32,000 bases of DNA from Erysipelotrichaceae bacterium MTC7 (GTDB lineage Bacteria > Bacillota_I > Bacilli_A > Erysipelotrichales > Erysipelotrichaceae): positions 60,001 through 92,000 of the forward strand of contig LVZN01000034.1 in NCBI GenBank assembly GCA_001695645.1, read 5' to 3'. Numbering within the stretch: the first letter of the stretch is position 1; each line of letters starts with the position of its first letter. A program made the translations under genes and the position numbers. The notes beneath the pieces are model-generated. The model saw only the letters and a program-made list of their open reading frames with translations. It was not told the origin of the DNA and made no database searches. Positions 25,464 to 32,000 of the stretch are shown in pieces.

Positions 25464-26740
25464 TGAAGAAAATAACAAATCATCACTTTAAAGAAACGTA
25501 TATAAGTGAAACATTAGATAACGGATTACATGTGGTTTTATGGCAAAAACCTGGATTTAAGAAAAGCAATTTCGTTTTTGGTACACCTTTTGGTGGACGT
25601 GACCACGATCAAAAAGATGAACACGGAAACGTACACAGTTATCCAGAGGGAGTTGCACACTTTCTTGAACATAAAATGTTTGAAAAAGAAGGGAAGGATG
25701 TTATGGAAGAGTTCTCAAGTATGGGAGCCAACGTCAATGCCTTTACATCCTATGATGAAACTGCCTATTATTTTTCAACAACAAACAATCCAATCAAACC
25801 TTTGAACTTATTGTTGGATTTCGTTCAAGAATTAACCATTACAGAAGAATCTGTAGAAAAAGAAAAAGGCATTATTATACAAGAATTGGAAATGTATAAC
25901 CAAATGCCAGATTCACGCTTGTATAGCGAACTGTTTTCATCAATGTTTGATATTCATCCAATGAAACACGACATTGGGGGAACTGCTAATAGCGTCAATG
26001 CAATCACTTTAGATACCTTGTATGAATGTTACAAGTTAAACTACCATCCCAGTCGTATGATCTTGGTTGGTGTTAGTGGACATGATCCAAAAGAATTGAT
26101 GGAAGTCATCAAAGCAAACCAAGCAAAGAAAAGCTTTGAACGCCCATATCAAGCAAGTCGAATCTACGTTGATGAACCAATTAAGGTGCATACAGCAAAG
26201 AAACAAATTGAGATGGATATCACAACGCCAAAAACGGTTATTGCTTTTAAAACACCTGGAATCATTGATAGTAAACAAGCGGAACTATATGAATGGGCCA
26301 TCACTTTTGGTCTTGATGTGGCATTTTCACCACTTGCTCCAAAATATCAAGAATGGTTGGACCAAGAGATTATCAATGATGCATTCTCCTACGATGTTGA
26401 ATTTTCTAAAGACTATGGAGTCGTTGTTTTTAGTACTGAAACAAACAAAGTTCAAGCGTTTTATGATATGGTAAAAAATGAACTACAACACATCTGTGAG
26501 TTTGATGAAGTGGAACTTGAAAACATGAAACGTCGTGTTTATGGAAGTAACGTAACTTCATTAAACAGTTTTGAAGCGATTAGCGTTGGTTACATGCGTT
26601 CTTATTTTGCTGGTGTGGATTTCTTTGAAAGTTTAGAACTTGTAAATCAAGTAGACAAAGCACTCATTGAAAAAGCAAGTCAATTCATTGACTTAGAAAA
26701 TACATGTGAAGTTGAAATTCAACCAAAGAATGGCAAATAG
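25463..26740 (+). CDS. M16-family zinc metallopeptidase (YmfH-like)
   Basis: HFLEHKMFE (HxxEH) and a downstream EKGIIIQELEMY Glu motif. The start overlaps the upstream stop (TAATG). Confidence 0.8.
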   Translation: MKKITNHHFKETYISETLDNGLHVVLWQKPGFKKSNFVFGTPFGGRDHDQKDEHGNVHSYPEGVAHFLEHKMFEKEGKDVMEEFSSMGANVNAFTSYDETAYYFSTTNNPIKPLNLLLDFVQELTITEESVEKEKGIIIQELEMYNQMPDSRLYSELFSSMFDIHPMKHDIGGTANSVNAITLDTLYECYKLNYHPSRMILVGVSGHDPKELMEVIKANQAKKSFERPYQASRIYVDEPIKVHTAKKQIEMDITTPKTVIAFKTPGIIDSKQAELYEWAITFGLDVAFSPLAPKYQEWLDQEIINDAFSYDVEFSKDYGVVVFSTETNKVQAFYDMVKNELQHICEFDEVELENMKRRVYGSNVTSLNSFEAISVGYMRSYFAGVDFFESLELVNQVDKALIEKASQFIDLENTCEVEIQPKNGK

Positions 26741-26755
26741 CCATTCTTTTTTTAA
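26728..26755 (+). terminator. Rho-independent terminator
   Basis: AGAATGGC-AAATA-GCCATTCT followed by TTTTTTT. Confidence 0.7.
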
Positions 26756-26826
26756 TACTTTCTTTCTTTTTAGGAAACACGAAACACTTTACCTATATAT
26801 ACGTGAAGACAAAGAAAAGAGGTGTT

Positions 26827-27153
26827 ATGTTGAATCATTTTGTACTGGTAGGTCGAATGGTAGAAAAACCCGAATTACGTTTAACGAGCTCGAATATAAA
26901 ATTCGCGACAGCTTCTGTGAAAGTAAAACGCAATTTTAAAAATGCCGACAACGTATACGATCACGATATTTTTCAAGTAACTTTATGGCGAGGGATTGCC
27001 GAAGATGTGATCGATGTATGTGAGTCAGGCTCACTTGTTGGCGTGAAGGGTAGAATTCAAACAAGTTTTTATACAAGCGAAGAAAACAAGACCTATACCA
27101 ATTACGAATTCATCGCAGAAAAAGTACAATTCTTAGACTTAGATGAGACGTAA
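26827..27153 (+). CDS. ssb: single-stranded DNA-binding protein, short form (SsbB-like, no canonical acidic tail tip)
   Basis: VLVGRMVEKPELR...TLWRGIAE...GSLVGVKGRIQT closely parallels B. subtilis SsbB as I recall it. SD AGAGGTG supports ATG 26827. Confidence 0.75.
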   Translation: MLNHFVLVGRMVEKPELRLTSSNIKFATASVKVKRNFKNADNVYDHDIFQVTLWRGIAEDVIDVCESGSLVGVKGRIQTSFYTSEENKTYTNYEFIAEKVQFLDLDET

Positions 27154-27181
27154 AAAAAAGACACGTAATTGTGTCTTTTTT
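27152..27181. terminator. bidirectional terminator between ssb and rpsD
   Basis: AAAAAAAAGACAC-GTAATT-GTGTCTTTTTT. Confidence 0.75.
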
Positions 27182-27188
27182 GATTGTA

Positions 27189-27806
27189 TTATAACTGACG
27201 GTTGTAGAATTCTACAACTAATAGTTCGTTAATTTCAGCGTTTAATTCGTTTCTTTCAGGTGTGCGAACGTATGTACCTTTTTTTGCATTTTTATCAACG
27301 TCTACGAATGCAGGTGCCTTGTATACTGCTTCTAATGAATCGTTGATCAGTTGTAAGTTTTTCGATTTTTCTTTAACTTCAACTACTTGTCCAGGTTTTA
27401 CTTGGTATGATGGAATATCAACTTTTTTACCATCTACTAAGAAGTGTCCGTGGTTTACCAATTGACGAGCTGCTCTACGAGTAGGTGCAAATCCCATACG
27501 GTAAACTACGTTATCAAGTCTAGCTTCTAATAAGAATAAGAAGTTTTCACCTGTAACACCTTTCATTTTAATCGCACGTTTGTACGTGTTGAAGAATTGA
27601 CGTTCGTTCATTTGGTACATGTAACGTAAACGTTGTTTTTCACGTAACTGTAAACCGTAGTTTGTTAACTTAATTCTTTTTGTAGGACCGTGTTGTCCTG
27701 GTGCGTATTGACGTTGTTTTCCTTTAGAAAATTCTTTTCCACTTTCTAAAATTGAGAAACTAAGACGTCTTGCTGTTTTAAAAACAGGTTTTGTAATTCT
27801 AGCCAT
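27189..27806 (-). CDS. rpsD: 30S ribosomal protein S4
   Basis: MARITKPVFKTARRL...LEARLDNVVYRMGFAPTRRAARQLVNHGH. SD AGGAGGAA upstream. Confidence 0.97.
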   Translation of the reverse strand: MARITKPVFKTARRLSFSILESGKEFSKGKQRQYAPGQHGPTKRIKLTNYGLQLREKQRLRYMYQMNERQFFNTYKRAIKMKGVTGENFLFLLEARLDNVVYRMGFAPTRRAARQLVNHGHFLVDGKKVDIPSYQVKPGQVVEVKEKSKNLQLINDSLEAVYKAPAFVDVDKNAKKGTYVRTPERNELNAEINELLVVEFYNRQL

Positions 27807-27981
27807 TAATGTTTCCTCCTATATTGCTTTACAAATGCAAAACAATAACAGTACAAATTACTTTATAAGAGTGTCTGGAGTTATGTAGTTTCGTTCAAGT
27901 AAGGCAGCCGAATTACTCCTATCTCGCTTACGCGATCCAAACGCCGATTTATAAAACTTTGCATGCTGCTATTAATGATGC
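27807..27981 (-). promoter_or_regulatory. long rpsD 5' leader (candidate S4 autoregulatory leader)
   Basis: About 175 nt lie between the predicted TSS and the start codon. B. subtilis rpsD is known to be autoregulated through a leader of similar length. Confidence 0.4.
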
Positions 27982-27987
27982 CTGTTA

Positions 27988-28016
27988 ACTTTATCAAAAT
28001 GCAAAGCAAATGTCAA
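27988..28016 (-). promoter_or_regulatory. rpsD promoter
   Basis: The minus strand reads TTGACA, 17 nt spacer, extended -10 TGaTAAAGT. Confidence 0.55.
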
Positions 28017-28022
28017 ATACAA

Positions 28023-28085
28023 TTGACAAATACAGGCGATTTACGATTATTTTGATGTTTTTTATCACCTAGATTATGGTACAAT
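28023..28085 (+). promoter_or_regulatory. ezrA promoter region (two candidate promoters)
   Basis: TTGACA (28023-28028), 18 nt spacer, TTATTT. Alternatively the extended -10 TGgTACAAT at 28077-28085. Confidence 0.35.
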
Positions 28086-28103
28086 ATTTGCAGAGGTGTT
28101 GAT

Positions 28104-29858
28104 ATGGAAAATTTCATTAATTTTTTTAAACAAAATGTGTCGATTATGGGGATATTAATCGTCGCAATTATTTTGATTGCGTTCATTATTATTTTGTTAA
28201 TCGCTCGTTCGATTCGTTTGAAGCGAGCAAAAAAGGATTTTGAAGCTTTGGAACTTCGCTTTACCGAGTTAAAGGGGATTCCACTATCATTCAAACTAAA
28301 CAAAGCAGTTTCATTAAGTAAGGTGAATACGAGCCTAAAAGATGATGTTACCGCTTTTCAAGAAGCATATGAAAAAACGCAAGAAGGGCTTAAAGAATAC
28401 AGTGTCTTACTTGCAGAAATCGATGACTTTATCTTTTCAAAGAAAATCAAGAAAGCAAACCAAACGATTAATCAACTTGAACCAGTGGTGGCAAATACCA
28501 ACAAGCTTGTTTCTAATTTGGATGCAAAACTTGAAAAAGTACTCGAACAAGAAAATACACAACGTGAAAATATCAACACGTTAAAAGAACGTTTCCGCGT
28601 GTTAAAAAGAGAATTGATGGAACACAGAAACGACTATCATACAAGTGTTGAAAATTTAGATACGTCAATCAAAAACATTGAGGAAATGTTCTCCGTTTTT
28701 GAGGAGTGGATGTTTGCGAGTGAGTTTGATAAAGCTGCAGATAAGCAAATGGAAATTCAAGTGGAAGTAGAAAATCTTGAACATGCACTACATGTGTTAC
28801 CGGATTACTACCAACAAATCAAAGGGACTTTAAGTGCTGCAACTGATGAGTTGGCTTACTTATACAGTTCAAGCAAAGCCAAAGGGGTCTATCTGGACCA
28901 CTTGGATATCGATAAACGCTTGGAAGTGATTCGTGAATTGTTAAGTGAAACACAGGCAAAATTAGGTGATGTTGATTTACCAACAATAGAAAAAGATATC
29001 GATGATTTAGAAGTACGTATCGTTTCTGTCAAAGAAGATATCGATAAAGAAAATGATGCCTATGTCCAAATTCATGAAAAGGTGAACCCACTATTTGAAC
29101 GTGTAAAAGATTTAAACAAACGCTTCGAAACCATCCGTGAACTATACGATCGCGTGAATGTTCGTTTTGGTTTTGACAACTGGACTGCACGTTTAGAAAA
29201 AGACGAAACGATGTTGGACGATTTAAACGAACAACGTTTCCGTTTAGAAAAAGTGATTAGTGAAAACAGTGTGCCATTCTCAACGTTATTCTTATCGTAT
29301 GAAGAATTGGATACGATGGTTCAAAAACTAGAAATAGAATGTAAAGAAATGCTGCAACGTTTGGAATCTGCGTGCAGTGATGAAGAACGTGCTAAAGAAC
29401 AAATGATAAAATTACAATTAATTGTGAACGAGATTCGCATTAAGATTGATAAAAACCACTTACCAAACGTAAGTGAGAAATACGATGATGATTTGATTAT
29501 TGCAAACAAACACATTGAAGAAATCAAAGCTTTATTACATGTCACACCATTAAACGTAGACGCTTTAAATGCAAAGATTGAAGAAAGTATTGATTATATC
29601 TACACGCTATACAACTCTGTAAACAATCTTGTAGGCATGGCAATTATGGTCGAAAATGCAATTCTATTTGGTAATAAATACCGTAGTGAATATGCAGAGG
29701 TTGACAGTGAACTAACAAGAGCTGAACTTTGTTTCAACAATGGACAATACACAAAATCGTTAAAGATTGCGATGAGCATTATTGAGAAACTACATCCTGG
29801 AGTTTATGAAAATTTAGTTAAGAAAGGTGTCGACATCAATGAAGCCATCCAAATCTAA
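28104..29858 (+). CDS. ezrA: septation ring formation regulator EzrA
   Basis: Single N-terminal TM helix followed by about 540 aa of coiled-coil-rich sequence. Size and the position before iscS-thiI match Bacilli. Confidence 0.85.
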   Translation: MENFINFFKQNVSIMGILIVAIILIAFIIILLIARSIRLKRAKKDFEALELRFTELKGIPLSFKLNKAVSLSKVNTSLKDDVTAFQEAYEKTQEGLKEYSVLLAEIDDFIFSKKIKKANQTINQLEPVVANTNKLVSNLDAKLEKVLEQENTQRENINTLKERFRVLKRELMEHRNDYHTSVENLDTSIKNIEEMFSVFEEWMFASEFDKAADKQMEIQVEVENLEHALHVLPDYYQQIKGTLSAATDELAYLYSSSKAKGVYLDHLDIDKRLEVIRELLSETQAKLGDVDLPTIEKDIDDLEVRIVSVKEDIDKENDAYVQIHEKVNPLFERVKDLNKRFETIRELYDRVNVRFGFDNWTARLEKDETMLDDLNEQRFRLEKVISENSVPFSTLFLSYEELDTMVQKLEIECKEMLQRLESACSDEERAKEQMIKLQLIVNEIRIKIDKNHLPNVSEKYDDDLIIANKHIEEIKALLHVTPLNVDALNAKIEESIDYIYTLYNSVNNLVGMAIMVENAILFGNKYRSEYAEVDSELTRAELCFNNGQYTKSLKIAMSIIEKLHPGVYENLVKKGVDINEAIQI

Positions 29859-30984
29859 TATCTATTTAGATTACGCTTCGACAACACCAATCAGAAAAGA
29901 AGTTTTGGATACCTATCAAATGTGTGTCCAAAACTACTTTTATAATTCTGAGAGTGTGTATGAACCTGCATTACAGGTTCATGATTATGTTGAAGCTAGT
30001 CGCAAAAAGATCGCCGAAACATTCCAAGTGAAAACTGAGGAAGTGTTTTTTATGTCAGGAGCAAGTGAAGCCAATTCGCTTGCAATCACGGGATACGCTT
30101 TGCAAAACCAGCATAAAGGAAAACACTTGATTACAACAATGATGGAACATTCTTCAGTGTTACACGCATTTGAACAGTTGGAACAATTGTTTGGTTTTGA
30201 AGTTACCTACTTACAACCCAACAAAGAAGGGTGCATTTCGCTAAATCAAGTCAAACAAGCCATGCGTAAAGATACGATCATGATTTCCATCATGGCCGTT
30301 AACAATGAGGTGGGAAGTATCCAACCAATCGAAGAAATTGCAGCATATGTTAAAGCAAACTCACGTATATGCATGATGTCTGATGGCGTACAACTGGTTG
30401 GTAAACATGACTTACCTTTACGTGATATCGACTTATTTACCTTTACAACGCATAAATTGTATGGGGTTAAAGGTTGTGGAATTTTGATCAAGAAGAAAAA
30501 TATCGAACTTGTACCTATCGTACACGGTGGGGCACAAGAGCAAGGATTACGCGGAGGCACACTTGATGCTCCAGCCTGTATTGTTGCTGCAAAGACCATT
30601 CGTTTGATCATGCAAGAACAGCAAGCAAGTTTACAACATGTAACTTTGTTGCGTGATCAAATCTATGATGCACTAAAACAAATGGAACAAATTGAACTCA
30701 ATTCCAATTGTGCATGTAGTCCTTACATTATCAACTTTTCATGCAAGACGATGAATTCAGAGATTTTAATGAATGCCTTGAATGAACGCGGCATTTACAT
30801 TTCAAGCCAAAGTGCTTGTTCAACACGGACCAAGAGTCCATCTCATACACTCTTAGCGATGTCGTATGATGAAAAACATGCCTTAAGTGCTGTTAGAATC
30901 TCACTTTCGCACTTGACAACAAAGCAGGAAGTGTCTATCTTATTAGAGAATCTAAAGGAGATTTTATATGCATACAGCACCTAA
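29839..30984 (+). CDS. cysteine desulfurase (NifS/IscS family, ThiI-associated NifZ-like)
   Basis: YLDYASTTP, PLP-lysine motif TFTTHKLYG, active-site SSQSACS. Overlaps ezrA and thiI. Confidence 0.9.
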   Translation: MKPSKSNIYLDYASTTPIRKEVLDTYQMCVQNYFYNSESVYEPALQVHDYVEASRKKIAETFQVKTEEVFFMSGASEANSLAITGYALQNQHKGKHLITTMMEHSSVLHAFEQLEQLFGFEVTYLQPNKEGCISLNQVKQAMRKDTIMISIMAVNNEVGSIQPIEEIAAYVKANSRICMMSDGVQLVGKHDLPLRDIDLFTFTTHKLYGVKGCGILIKKKNIELVPIVHGGAQEQGLRGGTLDAPACIVAAKTIRLIMQEQQASLQHVTLLRDQIYDALKQMEQIELNSNCACSPYIINFSCKTMNSEILMNALNERGIYISSQSACSTRTKSPSHTLLAMSYDEKHALSAVRISLSHLTTKQEVSILLENLKEILYAYST

Positions 30985-32000
30985 TGAATACAACCATATC
31001 CTCATTCGATTTGGGGAATTATCAACCAAAGGAAAGAATAAAAAAGACTTCATTCGTCAACTGATGATGAATGTAAAAAAATCACTACGTGAGTTTGAAC
31101 ATTTAGCATACGAAAAAGGTCATGACCGCATGTACATTTTGTTGAATGGAGAAGACTATAAAGCCGTTAGCAAACGTTTGCAATGCGTATTCGGTATTTC
31201 TAGTTTCTCACTCGCAAAAAAAGTTCCAAGTGAATTGGATGCCATTGTGGAAGCTGCATATGCTGTTGCTAGTCAAGCAAGCAGTGAGATTCATACCTTT
31301 AAAATGGATACGCGTCGTCATCACAAACCATTTTTATATTCAAGTGATGAAATCAATCGCGCGTGTGCAACTAAGATCTTACAAAACACAGAACTTAAAG
31401 TTAACGTAAAAAAACCAGATTTACGCATTCAAGTTGAAGTTCGTGAATTCTATACCTATGTAATGAGCGATAAAATCAAAGGTGCAGGTGGATATCCTGT
31501 AGGTAGTAGCGGTAAAGCACTTGTTATGTTATCTGGAGGAATTGATTCACCAGTTGCTTGTTATGAAATGATGAAACGTGGTGTCGCAATTGAATGCATT
31601 CACTACGCATCACCGCCATACACAAGTGTGCAGGCCTTAAACAAAGTGAAAGCACTCGCAAGTAAGCTTGCTTTATATCAAGGTCATATTCGTCTTCATG
31701 TCGTACCATTTACACAAATGCAATTGGCAATATATAAACATTGTTATGAAAGTTATGCCATTACCGTGATGCGTCGTATGATGTATCGTATGGCTCAACA
31801 AATCGCAGAGAAACAAAATTGTTTAGCTATCGTTAATGGAGAAAGTTTGGGACAAGTTGCTAGTCAAACGTTGGAGTCTATGAATGTCATTGGTAAAGTG
31901 GTTGATATACCGGTATTACGTCCAATTGTTTGTCACGATAAACTAGAAATTATCGATATCGCACAGAAAATTGATACATATGAAATTTCCATTCAGCCAT
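30968..32000 (+). CDS. thiI: tRNA 4-thiouridine(8) synthase ThiI (3' end lies outside the window)
   Basis: My own translation: MHTAPNEYNHILIRFGELSTKGKNKKDF... and PP-loop LVMLSGGIDSPVA. SD AAGGAG upstream. The frame is open to the window end and is absent from the ORF track because it has no stop. Confidence 0.9.
   Translation, partial: MHTAPNEYNHILIRFGELSTKGKNKKDFIRQLMMNVKKSLREFEHLAYEKGHDRMYILLNGEDYKAVSKRLQCVFGISSFSLAKKVPSELDAIVEAAYAVASQASSEIHTFKMDTRRHHKPFLYSSDEINRACATKILQNTELKVNVKKPDLRIQVEVREFYTYVMSDKIKGAGGYPVGSSGKALVMLSGGIDSPVACYEMMKRGVAIECIHYASPPYTSVQALNKVKALASKLALYQGHIRLHVVPFTQMQLAIYKHCYESYAITVMRRMMYRMAQQIAEKQNCLAIVNGESLGQVASQTLESMNVIGKVVDIPVLRPIVCHDKLEIIDIAQKIDTYEISIQP

Noticed and set aside
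28013-28303. 96-aa minus-strand ORF across the ezrA start
   Set aside because: It overlaps the ezrA promoter, SD and N-terminal TM coding region in antisense. It has no SD and would collide with the rpsD promoter.
31146-31709. 87-aa plus-strand and 61-aa minus-strand ORFs
   Set aside because: Both lie inside the thiI reading frame, which has unmistakable ThiI motifs, either in other frames or on the other strand.

Overview
Low-GC Bacillota chromosome segment; the synteny (rnj-ftsK-ymfF/ymfH-like, rpsD / ezrA-iscS-thiI) is Bacilli/Erysipelotrichia-like. It splits into two parts. (A) 1-8155 looks accessory and mosaic. It starts with a tightly packed, co-directional array of seven small-molecule-modifying enzymes: a methyltransferase, a clearly recognisable ANT(6) streptomycin adenylyltransferase, two APH-type kinases, a GrpB gene with about 50% GC (estimated by eye) in an AT-rich context, a blasticidin-S/cytidine-deaminase-like protein and an MBL hydrolase. 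The array ends at a decayed 3' tail of a RumA-type rRNA methyltransferase gene with a doubled DMFP-coding core, which suggests an integration hot spot. Next comes a very AT-rich 2.4-kb module (split permease with fused ferredoxin domain, cupin, Crp/Fnr regulator) bracketed by perfect 23-bp direct repeats. I saw no recombinase gene anywhere in the window. (B) 8156-32000 is mostly housekeeping: DUF1697, YdeI, DEAD-box helicase, YwbE, VOC, HAD, a degenerate RNase J, FtsK, an M16 peptidase pair, a short SSB, S4, EzrA, cysteine desulfurase and ThiI. Several less ordinary units are interspersed: an unlisted 45-codon membrane-peptide gene with its own promoter, SD and terminator; a transglutaminase-like protein; an orphan DarT/DUF4433-like protein with no DarG partner; two overlapping Rrf2 regulators, the first apparently leaderless; and a translationally coupled three-gene operon of a double-ASKHA activase, a dehydratase-like subunit and a membrane protein of unknown function. 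I found no rRNA, tRNA, CRISPR array, transposase or integrase by eye. All family assignments rest on motif recognition from memory, not on searches.
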